Shown one piece after another: positions 15,897 through 28,100 of a stretch of 49,830 nt of DNA. The stretch covers positions 1 through 49,830 of IMG/VR virus record IMGVR_UViG_3300017778_000538; one strand, given 5' to 3'. Under the pieces are notes generated by a model. The model did not search any database. It had not been told where the DNA came from and was given only the letters and a program-made list of their open reading frames with translations. The stretch is from a virus. Taxonomy: Duplodnaviria > Caudoviricetes. Numbering within the stretch: the stretch's first letter is position 1; each line of letters starts with the position of its first letter. Both the position numbers and the translations under genes were made by a program.

Positions 15897-17453
15897 ATGA
15901 ATGTAGTAGATGACACAGTAGTAAGAATGACGGTCCCATCAGCAGACCTACAATTCTTGATCGGGCACATAGACCGATGCGAAGTCCTAAAGGATGACGG
16001 AGTAAACGCAGATGTAGTCGTCTACTGGGGCGTTGAGGAAATGCAGCGTCTTGTGCGTCTCTATGGAGATGCTCCTAACCCAATGGACAAGCAGTACAGT
16101 TGGCCCGGACTCTACACCCCCTTCGCTCATCAAGTAGTTACAGCATCGTACTTAGCGCTGCGCGACAGGGCCTTCTGTTTCAACGAAGCAGGGACAGGGA
16201 AAACATCATCAGTGATATGGGCGGCAGACTACCTCATGTCGCAGAAGCTGGTCAAAAGGGTGCTGGTCATTTGCCCACTGTCCATCATGTACTCAGCATG
16301 GCAAGCCGACATTTTCAAAACAGCCATGCACAGAACCGTAGCAGTGGCCCACGGGGATGCCAACAGGCGCAAAAAGATTCTTGAGGGAGAGTACGAGTTT
16401 GTCGTAATCAACTTCGACGGTGTAGGTACAGTCCAAGAAGAAATAGGTAAATTAGGGTTTGACCTTATTGTAATTGACGAAGCTAACGCATATAAAACAG
16501 TATCGACAAAACGCTGGAAGACCTTGGCTAAGATCATCACCCCTACGACTCGCTTATGGATGCTCACAGGCACACCTGCGTCGCAGTCACCATTGGATGC
16601 GTTCGGCTTGGCGAATCTGATAAACCCCGGAGGTGTACCCAAGTTCTTCGGGGCATGGCGCGATAAAGTAATGCTGCCGATCTCACGTTTCAAGTGGGTT
16701 CCAAAGAGCGATGCCAAGCAGCAAGTGTTTGACGCCCTGCAACCTGCCATTCGATTTGCCAAAGCCGACTGCCTAGACTTACCCGAACTGATGTACCAGA
16801 CCCGCGAAGTTCCGTTGACCCCACAGGTAAAGCATTACTACAAGGAACTGAAGAACCAACTGTTTATCAAGGCGGCAGGGGAAGAGATCAGCGCAGTCAA
16901 TGCGGCGGCAATGCTGTCCAAGTTGTTGCAGATATCCGGTGGCGCTATGTACACCGACACAAAAGAGGTGGTGGAGTTTGACGTATCCCCCCGCCTTAAC
17001 GCGCTGATGGAAGTACTGGAGGAGACAGAACACAAGGTCATCGTGTTCGTGCCCTTCACGCATACCATCGAATTAGTATCCCGATTCTTAAACCAGCAAG
17101 GAGTAGCCAATGAAATAATTAACGGTGCCGTTTCCGCAACGGGGCGTTCAGAGATCATTAACCGATTTCAAACGCAAGAAAATCCACGAGTCTTAGTTAT
17201 CCAGCCACAAGCAGCATCGCATGGGGTGACATTGACAGCCGCTAACACAGTCGTGTTTTGGTCGCCTGTTATGTCCGTGGAAACCTACTTGCAGTGCATA
17301 GCGCGTATTGATCGCGTGGGGCAGAAGAACAGCATGACAGTCGTCCACCTGCAAGGGTCGGAGGCCGAACGCAAAATCTACGCGATGCTTCAGAACAAGG
17401 TCAATTTGCACGAGGGGCTGGTCGAGTTATACAAACAGGAGATAGGAATATGA
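15897..17453 (+). CDS. SNF2-family helicase
   Basis: EAGTGKT, VICP, DEAN, LTGTP, HGVTLT and QCIARIDRVGQ motifs. Confidence 0.92.
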   Translation: MNVVDDTVVRMTVPSADLQFLIGHIDRCEVLKDDGVNADVVVYWGVEEMQRLVRLYGDAPNPMDKQYSWPGLYTPFAHQVVTASYLALRDRAFCFNEAGTGKTSSVIWAADYLMSQKLVKRVLVICPLSIMYSAWQADIFKTAMHRTVAVAHGDANRRKKILEGEYEFVVINFDGVGTVQEEIGKLGFDLIVIDEANAYKTVSTKRWKTLAKIITPTTRLWMLTGTPASQSPLDAFGLANLINPGGVPKFFGAWRDKVMLPISRFKWVPKSDAKQQVFDALQPAIRFAKADCLDLPELMYQTREVPLTPQVKHYYKELKNQLFIKAAGEEISAVNAAAMLSKLLQISGGAMYTDTKEVVEFDVSPRLNALMEVLEETEHKVIVFVPFTHTIELVSRFLNQQGVANEIINGAVSATGRSEIINRFQTQENPRVLVIQPQAASHGVTLTAANTVVFWSPVMSVETYLQCIARIDRVGQKNSMTVVHLQGSEAERKIYAMLQNKVNLHEGLVELYKQEIGI

Positions 17454-17869
17454 TGGAAGTCGAAGAAATTGAAGACGTAAGTCTTGGTGAATTAGTCAAG
17501 ATTTACTTGACAATAAGAACCGAACGTGAAAGAATTGAATCTGAGTGGAAGGCAAGGAACGGAGAGTTGCTCAATGATATGAAGGCACTCGAAGCGCAAA
17601 TGCTTGACACCTGCAATACGAATAACGCTAAGAGCATCAGTACACCTTTTGGAACAGTCATGCGTAGGCTGACCGAACGCTACACCATAGCTGACGGGGA
17701 CTCGTTCCGTAAATATGTAATGTTGCACGAAGCACCGGAGTTGTTTGAAGGACGTATCCATCAAGGCAACTTCAAGGAATTCATCGCTGATAGGAAAGAC
17801 GAGGGTCTGCCTCCCGGTGTGAATGTAATGAGGGAATTCACGGTAGTCGTGCGTAAACCCTCCAATTAG
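17450..17869 (+). CDS. Conserved phage replication-module protein
   Basis: Coiled-coil N-terminus and LPPGV motif; lies between the helicase and SSB-like gene. Confidence 0.75.
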   Translation: MMEVEEIEDVSLGELVKIYLTIRTERERIESEWKARNGELLNDMKALEAQMLDTCNTNNAKSISTPFGTVMRRLTERYTIADGDSFRKYVMLHEAPELFEGRIHQGNFKEFIADRKDEGLPPGVNVMREFTVVVRKPSN

Positions 17870-17895
17870 TAAGTTTAGTAACAAAGGAAACTCAA

Positions 17896-18753
17896 ATGAG
17901 TAATGATCTCGCAACCATGTTTAGTGGCTCAGTAATGGCTCCCATCGAGGGCTTGGATGAAGATACCCTTGCCGTAGCTGGCGGGGCGCGTCAGAACAAA
18001 CGCATCTCTATTAAGGGCGGCGTGTTCCGTAAGTATGCTGGCGGTAAAGAAATCGGCAAGATTGAAGACCGCTACATGAACGTCATCTTTGTCAAGATGG
18101 CACACAAAGCATCCCGCATGTTCTACGATGCCACCTACCAAGAAGGTCAAAAAGTCAGCCCAGTTTGCTGGTCTACTGACTCCGAGAAGCCTGACGCAGA
18201 TGTGAAGACACCTTGCGCTACCGCTTGCATCGACTGCTCCAAGTCCGTTAAAGGCTCAGGTCAGGGTGGTACTGGCGCAGCTTGCCGCTTGTCTTGGCGC
18301 ACTGCGGTGGTTCTGCCTAATGACCCCGCTGGCGATGTGATGCAGTTGGTTCTTCCAGCTACATCGGCTTTCGGTAAAGAAGATAACGGTCGATTCCCCT
18401 TCCGTCCATACATCCAGCACTTGGCGTCGCACAACGTCAGCGCAGGGCGTGTTGTTACGAAGATGGCGTTTGACACTAACTCTCCTACACCGAAGGTTGT
18501 GTTCAGCCCTGCCGATAAGGTTTCTGATGGTGACCTGCAAATCATTGCACAGCAAGCGAAGAGCCCCGCTGCCGAAGCCGCTGTCAAGATGAACGTGTAT
18601 CAGGTTGACTCCGAAGCCGCAGCCCCCGCCAATGCGCGCGAGGAAGTTGCAGAAGCAGATATGCCTACGCCCACAAAGCGTGAGTCTACTAAAACTGTAG
18701 CGTCTGAAGAGAAGGATATCTCTGACGTCGTTAAAAAATGGTCTAAAAAATAA
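17896..18753 (+). CDS. Putative single-stranded DNA-binding protein
   Basis: RISIKGGVF, Cys cluster, flexible C-terminal tail ending in Trp; function inferred from gene context. Confidence 0.6.
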   Translation: MSNDLATMFSGSVMAPIEGLDEDTLAVAGGARQNKRISIKGGVFRKYAGGKEIGKIEDRYMNVIFVKMAHKASRMFYDATYQEGQKVSPVCWSTDSEKPDADVKTPCATACIDCSKSVKGSGQGGTGAACRLSWRTAVVLPNDPAGDVMQLVLPATSAFGKEDNGRFPFRPYIQHLASHNVSAGRVVTKMAFDTNSPTPKVVFSPADKVSDGDLQIIAQQAKSPAAEAAVKMNVYQVDSEAAAPANAREEVAEADMPTPTKRESTKTVASEEKDISDVVKKWSKK

Positions 18754-18762
18754 GGATAGAAA

Positions 18763-19074
18763 ATGCCACGGACATATAGTGAAGCTTTTTTGATTGAGTT
18801 GCACAAAGCCAAACCCACAAGGTCTGGCACTGCGTTGGCGCTCGTTTGTGTGGAGGCAAATCTCCCCGCAAAGTACGTTGCTGAAGCGTTGGATGTAACT
18901 CGCATGACGGTTTTCAGTTGGTTCCGTGGCAAATCTATTCGCCATAAAAACCTTCTTAAAGTCGAAGAATTTATGGATACCGTTGCGACAGATACCGCAG
19001 CGGGGTTACTGCCAGCACGTAGCACGGCAGCGGCTAAAAAATACATACAGGAGATGATGAGCAAGGAAATCTAA
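18763..19074 (+). CDS. HTH transcriptional regulator (Cro-like)
   Basis: VAEALDVTRMTVFSWFRG. Confidence 0.8.
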   Translation: MPRTYSEAFLIELHKAKPTRSGTALALVCVEANLPAKYVAEALDVTRMTVFSWFRGKSIRHKNLLKVEEFMDTVATDTAAGLLPARSTAAAKKYIQEMMSKEI

Positions 19075-19076
19075 CC

Positions 19077-19130
19077 AGTAGGGGTTCGCCCCTGCTTCCA
19101 TTTACTGAGCGAGCATAGTCTCGCTCTTTT
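19077..19130 (+). terminator. Tandem hairpins, possible terminator or attenuator before the primase
   Basis: AGTAGGGG-ttcg-CCCCTGCT, then GAGCGAG-catagt-CTCGCTC-TTTT. Confidence 0.55.
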
Positions 19131-19145
19131 CAACTCTGGCTACAT

Positions 19146-21977
19146 ATGCTAAAACAATTTTACGAGAAAGCATTGCCTACACAGGGTGTCTATTGCATAA
19201 CAAGCATTGGGACTGATAAGAAAGTCACCAACAAGTTTGCAGAGACCTTTGACGGCGTATTTGAACAAATTGAGAAGTTCAAGGCAAAGGAATTAAACAC
19301 TTTCGTAGCACTTGGAACATTTGACGGGTTTAGTAGGAAAGCAGCAGATTGCTTATTTATACGGTCATTTTTTATTGACCTCGATGTAGGGGCAGAAAAA
19401 GACTACACATCCAAGGATGATGCCCATGCAGGGGTGATAAGTCTTCTTGTACAGACAGGACTGCCACAGCCAGTGTTAGTCGATTCAGGCGGCGGGATAC
19501 ATGCCTACTGGATTATGGATGAGGACATCCCTCGGGATGAGTGGAAGGTTTACGCAGAGAAGTTCAAGGCGCTGTGCTTAGAATATATCTCTATTGACCC
19601 TGTAGTTACTGCAGATGCCGCACGCATCATGCGAGCCCCTGAGACGCTTAACTATAAGACAAACCCGCCGTTACCTACATCGGTTATCAGCGAAGAGATT
19701 TCTGTGTACGAGTGGGCTGAGTTTAAGGAGTTCCTTGACGGGGGCAACGCGCCAGCACCAGTAGTGCAAGAGTCACAGAGCATTCTCGAGTCAGTATCCA
19801 AAGGGCTGGACGATGACACACGGGCGATGCTCAAGCTGGACAACTTCCCAAAGACCTTTGAGATTCTTGCAGACAAAAGCCTTAACGGTACTGGGTGCGC
19901 TCAGATCGCACACATCCTTACCGATGCACAAACTTTAGAAGAACCCCTGTGGTGGGCAGGTTTATCAATTGCAAAATTCTGTGACGATGGAGCCACCGCT
20001 ATCCACAAAATGTCAGAAGACTATACGGGATACAACTATGAAAACACTGAAGAAAAAGCAAGTCGCTTTCCTGCTCCACGCACCTGTGAATGGTTCCTTG
20101 ACAACTACCCTAAACGATGCGAAGGATGTCAACACAAAGGAAAGATTACTAGCCCCATCACCCTCGGAAAAGAATTTAGACCCGCTGCAACGACAGATAA
20201 AGCGGACCCAGTTCGGCAGAACGAGGATACCAAAACAGTTCCTGATTTCCCCGAGTTCCTGTATCCCTTCATGAGGGGTATCAACGGTGGTATCTACTAC
20301 CAGCCACCAGCGAAGTACAACAAGCAGGGTGAAAAGTTAGACCAAGACCCAATTCTTATCCTGCCACACGAGTTCTTCCCTATACGCAGAATGTTTAGTA
20401 AGCATGATGGAGAGTGTCTGCTCATGCGCTTGGAGTTGCCGCTCGACCCAGTGCGTGAGATATTAGTCCCGATGAAGCATGTGTACGCCCTAGAAACTTT
20501 TAAGGCACTCATGTCCTCCAACGGTGTGTTTTCCGCTTCTGAGAAATTACCGCACCTTATGAACTATGTAATCAAGTGGGGTCAGTACATGCAGATGACT
20601 GACAAGGCTGAAATAATGCGTATGCAGATGGGCTGGACTGAAGACATGTCCGACCCTGACTGGGCTACCCGCAGCTTTGTGATCGGCAAACGAGAGGTCA
20701 CCCACAAAGGCGACATCATTGACGCACCTTCTTCGCCGTTTGTAAGAGGGTTATCCAAATACTTATTACCCCACGGTACTTACGATCGTTGGCGTGAATC
20801 AACAGATTATCTAAACACGCCCGGCTTTGAGATGCATGCCTTCACCATGCTGTGCGGGTTAGGGTCTCCTTTCATGTCCTATACGTCAACTGCTGGCGTG
20901 ACTGTGTGCCTTTTAGGACAGTCTGGTAGTGCCAAGACAGGCGCTATGTACGCAGGTTTGAGCGCGTGGGGTAACCCCAAGGAACTCAGCGTGTTTGAAG
21001 CTACCGACAACGGCATGACAGGGCGATACCTCGGGCTACACAACATCCCGCTAGGGATAGATGAGATTTCAAACAAGGACGCCAAGATACTTTCGCAGCT
21101 AGTACATAAGATATCCCACGGCAAGGCGAAGATTCGTATGCAGGGGTCAGTCAACGCAGAGCGCGAACACGAGATGTCTGCCTCGCTTATTGCCATCATG
21201 ACTACCAACCAGTCTGCCTACAGTAAGTTTGAAGGTATCAAGGCAAACCCCGATGGTGAAGCTGCTCGTTTGATTGAGTTCTTAATCCACAAGCCCGAAC
21301 TTCTACAGAATAACGGTGCACTAGGAAAACATATCTTCAACGCCTATAACTTTAACTACGGACACGCAGGGCCAATGGTGATTCAAGAAGCGTTTAGGCT
21401 TGGCGACAACTACATCCATGACAACATCTCCATGTGGGAAGAGAAGTTCATAAAAGACTTTGGGGATGATACGACCTACCGCTTCTACCAAAACCTAGTG
21501 GCAGCAACCTGCATGTCCGGCGCTATGGCACACAATGCCAACATCATCAATCTTGACATTAGTCGGGTCTATCACGAGACAGTCCGCGAGATGATTACGA
21601 TTCGTGACAAGGTGGTCAAGATCAACCGCACCGACTACGCATCCGTCCTTGCTGACTTTGTGAATAAGAACATGGGCAATATGCTGGTGCTGAAGGATGG
21701 CAGGGTAGCGATGGAGCCGCGCGGTCAGATCGTTGGGCGTATTGTCAGTGATGAGAACCTCCTGCAAGTATCTAAGACCGACTTTAAGAAGTACTTGGCG
21801 GAACGTCAAATCAGTACCCGCGAGTTTGAGTTTGAGATGCGAGAGAACAAGCAGTTGATTGACGACAAGAAAGGGCGACTCACTACAGGATGGAAGTCTG
21901 CCGTACAAGTAGACCCCGCTTACTTGTACTGGTTCAAGACCGAGTTACCCGAAGATTTCTTTGATGACCCCCAATGA
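19146..21977 (+). CDS. Primase-helicase fusion (AEP/RepB-type primase, Cys-rich domain, DUF927-type P-loop)
   Basis: FFIDLD, SGGGIHAYW, DAARIMRAP; C..TC..C.GC cluster; GQSGSAKT and GIDE. Confidence 0.88.
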   Translation: MLKQFYEKALPTQGVYCITSIGTDKKVTNKFAETFDGVFEQIEKFKAKELNTFVALGTFDGFSRKAADCLFIRSFFIDLDVGAEKDYTSKDDAHAGVISLLVQTGLPQPVLVDSGGGIHAYWIMDEDIPRDEWKVYAEKFKALCLEYISIDPVVTADAARIMRAPETLNYKTNPPLPTSVISEEISVYEWAEFKEFLDGGNAPAPVVQESQSILESVSKGLDDDTRAMLKLDNFPKTFEILADKSLNGTGCAQIAHILTDAQTLEEPLWWAGLSIAKFCDDGATAIHKMSEDYTGYNYENTEEKASRFPAPRTCEWFLDNYPKRCEGCQHKGKITSPITLGKEFRPAATTDKADPVRQNEDTKTVPDFPEFLYPFMRGINGGIYYQPPAKYNKQGEKLDQDPILILPHEFFPIRRMFSKHDGECLLMRLELPLDPVREILVPMKHVYALETFKALMSSNGVFSASEKLPHLMNYVIKWGQYMQMTDKAEIMRMQMGWTEDMSDPDWATRSFVIGKREVTHKGDIIDAPSSPFVRGLSKYLLPHGTYDRWRESTDYLNTPGFEMHAFTMLCGLGSPFMSYTSTAGVTVCLLGQSGSAKTGAMYAGLSAWGNPKELSVFEATDNGMTGRYLGLHNIPLGIDEISNKDAKILSQLVHKISHGKAKIRMQGSVNAEREHEMSASLIAIMTTNQSAYSKFEGIKANPDGEAARLIEFLIHKPELLQNNGALGKHIFNAYNFNYGHAGPMVIQEAFRLGDNYIHDNISMWEEKFIKDFGDDTTYRFYQNLVAATCMSGAMAHNANIINLDISRVYHETVREMITIRDKVVKINRTDYASVLADFVNKNMGNMLVLKDGRVAMEPRGQIVGRIVSDENLLQVSKTDFKKYLAERQISTREFEFEMRENKQLIDDKKGRLTTGWKSAVQVDPAYLYWFKTELPEDFFDDPQ

Positions 21978-22170
21978 AATAACTGAACCAGAGTGGGTGT
22001 TTCCGTTTCAGGGCATGGTGGTGGGTGATAGCTTCTTCATCCCTACCTTGCGCCTTGCGGAGATGATGTATGCCATAGACAGTGGAGCCAAGCGCGCTGG
22101 AGTCTTCGTAAAGTGCTATGTCACCGTAAAGGATAAGCACATCGGAGTACGCGCTTGGCGTGTTCGTTAA
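21961..22170 (+). CDS. Small conserved phage protein
   Basis: FPF..M.VGDSFF.P...GVRAWR pattern; last gene of the + arm. Confidence 0.8.
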   Translation: MMTPNEITEPEWVFPFQGMVVGDSFFIPTLRLAEMMYAIDSGAKRAGVFVKCYVTVKDKHIGVRAWRVR

Positions 22171-25100
22171 GGTTCTACGTCGTAGTCCTTGAAGGTATCT
22201 ATCATTCGGCTTTTTGCTAGGTTCTCGCGGAAAGCGTTTTCCCTAAGCATGGCCTCTCTGTCTGACCTAGTAAGGTCTTTATCCCTACGTATTTCGTTGT
22301 TTCTAGCGCGTAACGGATTTAGCTGCTGGTTAAGTTGTGTGTTGTACATCTTGACCACAGTAGCATACGTGGGGTGTTTATCTTTGTACTCAGCCAACTT
22401 GTCTGGATCATCTTTATAGGTATTAAGCACCTTTTCGATGTTCTTAATCTTAGTCTCAACTGAGCTAAATTGCCGAGCGTCGTAGTTTGACCGTGTTCCA
22501 AAGAACGAACCAAATAAAGGAATGTCAGTCTTAGGATCAAAATCCTTCTGCCCTTTGGTTAAGTCGTGCAGTCCATACGCAGTCTCACCAATACGAGCCA
22601 CACCGTCGATATAGCTGTTGGTAAAGAAGTGCAGGGTGCTTGGGCTGATATCAATCCCACCGTCCGTAGCGTCGTGCATAAACGCTGCCGCATCTTTCCA
22701 AGCCTCTGGAGTGCTGTCTTTGCCTGTGTATGCATCACCCAAACGGCGCTGGAATGTGCTGTTAATGTCTCTACCTAAGCCGTCTGTATTCATAGAGAAC
22801 TCTACGATCGGGCGCAAGAAGCTAGGCATGATTGAGTCAACAAAGAACTCCAACGGTTTTTCGCGTAGGGATATACGAGATACAGGGATTGGCATGAACG
22901 AATCCATAGCAATGGTTGTACCTATATTTATCAAGGCTGGTCCTAGAGGCTGCGAGCCCGCTACTACAGAAGCCATCTGAGACCCTGCTGCGGCAAACGC
23001 GCCACCACCAAATCCCCAAGGCAGTTGGAACACCAAAGGCTTTTTGAGCCCCATACCTTCCCAAATTGCGCGAGGTACATGGAAACGCGCATAGCGAGTC
23101 CACTGGTCCATATTGTCTGTAGCTACAGCGTTGCGTCCTAGGTCGTCATCATCCGAGAACATCTGAGCCATAGCGTATGCCATGATGCCCATCCCAGTTA
23201 GCGCCGCTGTTGTAATGCGGGCATTTTTCTGTAGCTGTTTAAAGTTCTTAATGTACTCAGCCTTTGCTGTTTCGTTAGCGGCAATATCAGGTGACAGGCG
23301 ATTGACCGCATCGCTAAGTTTCATGAACGCAGGGGCAAATGACTCTACCGCGCGCACCGCACCTGTGGCAGACGGACGGAAGAACATGAACATAGCGCCC
23401 ATGCCTTTGCCCCACTCGCCTACCTGCTCAAAGTTAGCAAGGTTCTTAGTAAAGACAGCGGCTTTTGTTTTGGCATCTTGCTCGCTCATGGTCTTGCTAA
23501 AGTTATTCTTAGCTATGCTATACGCAGAACCACGGCTAGCCAACTCAAACATGTCAGACCATGTGTCAAGTAACTTTTCTACGTCTTCTTTTTTTGTAAC
23601 AATGCCTGAAGCGCCAATGCTCTTGTTTAGCTGGTCAAAATTAGACTTCAGGGATATACCCTGCATGTACGAAACCATGCCGCCCTGACGAATAAACTCA
23701 ACCATATCCCGAATGTAGGGGTCTTTATCGGATAAGTTTTGTAAAGCCAAAAGCGACTTTTCATCGCCTTTCTTATAAAGCATGGCAACTTGCATTGCCT
23801 TGTAAAGCCCGGCTTTACCAACCACTTGCGCGGTTACATCCTTCAAGTAACGAGCAGCTTCTACTGGGCCCATTTCGCTTGCGCTAATGTTCCATGCGTT
23901 AGCCAGCGTATCCCGAACAAAGTTCATTGGAGCAAACTGATAGTTGTAGCGGGTGTGCATCTGCCCAAGACCACTTGTAATCTTGTTGGCGTAATCAACA
24001 AATACGTTCGTATCTTTGTAGGAGCGACGAATTGAATTCCGAAGCTTTTCATCCTGCACAACCAGAATATCAATGCTGCCGTCTTCGTTGTAATGAAAAA
24101 TAGTAGTTTCGCCTTTTAGATCAGCAAGGTCTACCGTATTACGCTCTTCAAACTTAATAGTCTGTTTAACGTATCCTTTTAAAGCATTTTGACCATATGG
24201 GTTCTTCTCTTTGTCATAGTCAAGAGAATTCTTAATAGCTTGGGTCAAGTTACGACGCCCAGCACGCATTGCAGCACGGGTAGCGTCTGTCATAGTTTGA
24301 AGAATAGGGTTGTTAGATACGCTGAACCGCCCATCCATTGTGCCGGGGCTCTCCTGTAGCTCTTTGCCATTGCCACCCATAGTATCAAAGTCAAGGTCTT
24401 CGTCTACTCGTTGAGGATTGGGTTTGCCTTTTAGTGGCACATAGTTTTCAAAACCATAAAACGCTACACGATTACTAACGGGCTGGGACCAGTAGTTAGC
24501 AAGTTTATTAAGCGACGTAGTTTCCTGATGGAGTTTTTGCAAAGCTTCCATAACCATCTTGATTTCAGTGGCCTGCGGATGAGTTTCCAACTGCTTACGA
24601 ATGTCCCTTGCGGCATTTAATTCAATGCCTGTCGCGTTGTATGACTCTGCATCAAAGTTAATATTAAACGGAACAGCCTCTCCGCCCATTGTTTTAGAAC
24701 GCGAGCTAGAGCCTAAAGGGTCTACGTACTTCATGTTTGGCTTTGGATATCCATCATTACCCAACACAATTTCACCCTTGGCATCTTTTTCAAGAACGAT
24801 GTCTTCTAATGCAATCCGCAACTGCTTAGCTTGAGCTACAGACATTTTGTTATTGTCAAGCAGCTTTATGATCTGCTCACGGCGCGCTGCAGCAATAGGC
24901 TTGAGTGGTACAGACAATAGGTACTTGACCATACGGCGCTCTGGCTCATGGACTGCTTCAAGTATCTTATGTAGTTCTTCTACAGCACGCTTGGCGGTGT
25001 AGCCTGCGCCTTTTGCAAATTCACCTACAGCTTGGTCAAGCATGGTAGCAGCGGGTTCAATGTACACATGATAGAAGTTACGCGCATCGCCAGTAGCCAG

Positions 25101-28100
25101 AATAATCTGCTCGTAGATGTTGTTCATGTAGTTTTTGCCAGCGCTTAGCCCTTTTATCAGCCCAGACATAGCTCGCTCTCGTTCCCAGTTTTTAATTGGG
25201 TAGCGGTCATCTGCAAAAAGACGCGCTATTTTTTGCCATCCATTGATTGTCCGTACTTCTTTTACTTTATTAGTAAAAGGCTCAGGAACTTCAGTCTCTT
25301 TAAGCGCATAGGCAGGATCGACTTCGCCAAGTTTAGGCACATGCAATTCAGCCTTGGCCTTCTTTTCAGCTTGATCTGCTTGCTTTTTCTCCTTACCTGA
25401 AAGCATTGGTAGGAAGATAGGCTCGGTAGGCTTAGCGAGAATATCGTCAAACGCCGCGAAGGTCTCCATCAAAAACTCAGGGGTGTACGAAACCTTTTTG
25501 TTTTTCGTAAACGCACGCCGACCAAAATTAATAATACTGGCAACTGCTATTTTAAAACCTGACCAAGCAGAACCATCTCTTGGCAGGATAGACTCTTCTA
25601 TACCTATAGGCTTACCAAGAAAGTTTAGTGCCTCAATAAATTTTTCGTTTTTGTTTAGCTCTGTAGATATCTCTGCAGTAACTGTGGCATCGCGCAGATC
25701 GTCCTGTAAAACTTTATCAGATAGGGAGTACCCAACAAATTCAAATAAGTTTTTGTACGCCTCTGGGTGGTCAGTTTCAAGCATCGGACGTGTAATGTCC
25801 ATGATTTTCTGCAAGTGCTCCACCCCTTTAAGCTGTTGAGGCGTTAAAGATTTGCGGTTGCCATATAAGTATTCGTTTATTACCTTAACCGTTCCTGCGT
25901 GTACAAATTCATGCAGTAAAGTATGATTAGATAGTCCTTCCTGTGTAATAAGAATGGTATCTGTCTTAGGGTCGTACTGCGCCAAGTCATCGTTAATCTT
26001 AGACGAGTCAACCAATTTAATTTTTGTGTTTAACTTTAACCCATTCAAAGCTATAGCTACAGAGCCCTGAAGTTTTTTATACGCATTTGTGCCTTGGGTT
26101 CCGCCAAGGGTAGTAAGGTACTGAAGAACCCCGGGGGCGTCCCCATTCATAATCATTTCAATTACGGCAGGGGGGAGTAGCTTATCTCCAGTCAGCGGGG
26201 ACACAACACGAGCATGCTCTTCACGGGCTTTTTTATCTTTGGCTTGTTGCGCTAAAGACTCAATACGTACTTTTTCTTTTCGGTCAAGGGTATTTTGTAG
26301 TTCGCGTTTCTGCCCTTCCGTGAACTCGCTACTATCTTCAATCAGTTTTACACCTAGCTTAGCAAAGCCTACATCCTGCTGTATACCAGCATTGTTTGTA
26401 ACTTCACGGTCATAAGTTTTTTTCTGGCCTTCAGTTAAGTCTTGCCAGCGTGGGAACCGCACCCCGAACAACCTGCTGTATTCAGCGCGGTTTTCTTCAT
26501 AATGGTTTACCTTAACACGATCTTGGTCAGATATGTTTTCTTTCTCCCTACCACCAATTTTTTGCAAGTATTCCTGCAGCGCCTTAGCCGCTTTCCGATG
26601 CTCATTGCGCCCGCTGCCGCCTTGTGTGATGTTTCCAAAGTAAACATCCTTCATATGAGGGGGAAAATTCTTTGTGTACTCTGGCAAGAAACGTAGTTCG
26701 GGGCCATGCTTATCTAACGCAGCCTCAGCAGTGAGTAACTTACCCAATGCTTTTTTGTGTTCTTCTTGTAGCTTGATTTCTTCGGGACTTGCTACCATAG
26801 CGTCGCCGCCATCATCAGGTAACTCGTCAATTTGATTCTCAATGGCCTTTAGCCCCGCAGCAGCATCATCATGCTGTTTAATAAGTTCTAGGCGTCTGGC
26901 GTTGGATTCTTCTGCGCTTTTGTTTACTTCATCACGTGTATCGTTATAAAGTTTTGTGTCGGCTTCAGAGATGTCGTACTTTCTTGGTGTACGCCCTAAT
27001 GACTCGTCGTAGGCTTTTTGGCGTTCTTCCTCTTCCCGCTTCTCAACTTTACCGGCCTGCTCCATAGCTCCCGCTACGTCCGTGCCTTTGTATGCAGGGG
27101 TTGTATCTTGAGTTTCAGCGGTAGCCTGTGAACCTTCTTTAATAAGTTTCTCAACTGGAAGGTAGCCTTCTTTAGTACGCTTAGCGCTAAGTTTTCCGCT
27201 TTCAGTCACACCTAACCCACTTAGCATGTCGGCTAAGTATTTAGATTTTTTTATGTAAGCCTTGCTATCAGCGCCGTTATCCATCGCTATTTCTACAAGC
27301 TCATTCCTGCGGCGATTGATTTCGGCCTGTTGAACTTCGGAGAGATCGGCAATAGTCTTAGGCTTGAGCGCTTCGTCTTTTTGCTGGGTTTGAGAAGTTG
27401 GAGGTTTTATTTGTTCATTTTTAGATACTACCCCCAACTTTTTACCCGCATCAAGAATTTTTATTTTTTCTTCATCCGTTAAATTAACATCGTTCTTTAT
27501 TAGTTCCAAGAAATCAGCATTAGCTAAATCAATAGGAGCAAAAGGCCATGCCTCATTCCAACCGGCATTTTTTTGTTCTTCTCTAGCAAGTTGATTTACT
27601 GTGGCTGCGGACGTTTGTTGTCCTTTCGTTTCTGTTTTGACGGTTTCAGTGGTTTCATTGCCATCGGTTGTGGTTCCTTGTAGTGTTTCGGTAACGGGTA
27701 GTCCCGCTGTTTGTGTTTCATCAGTAGTAACTGGTATCTCAGAGGCAGGTGGCGCTTCTTCGCCAAGCTGTTGGGTTGCAGCTTTAAACGCGGCAGTAAA
27801 CTCAGGAGTGTCTGGGAGCGTCTGGTCTTCAGGCATACCCGCAACACTTGTCGAAGCGCGCTTGAGTTGCTCCTCGGTCTGATTTAGTTCTGTTTCACGT
27901 TGCTCTTTAATTGAGTTAATAATCTTGTTAGAGAGGTTAGTACGAACCCCACCCACCGCGCCGGGCGCAACTGCCATAGCAATAGATGCCGCAGCAGTGT
28001 CCACATATTCTTTGACTGCCGCAGCATCGGTTAGGGATAGGCTCGCGCCATAGCGTTCAGCAATAGTTTGAATCTCTTCAGCGGGAATCTGCTTAGTACC

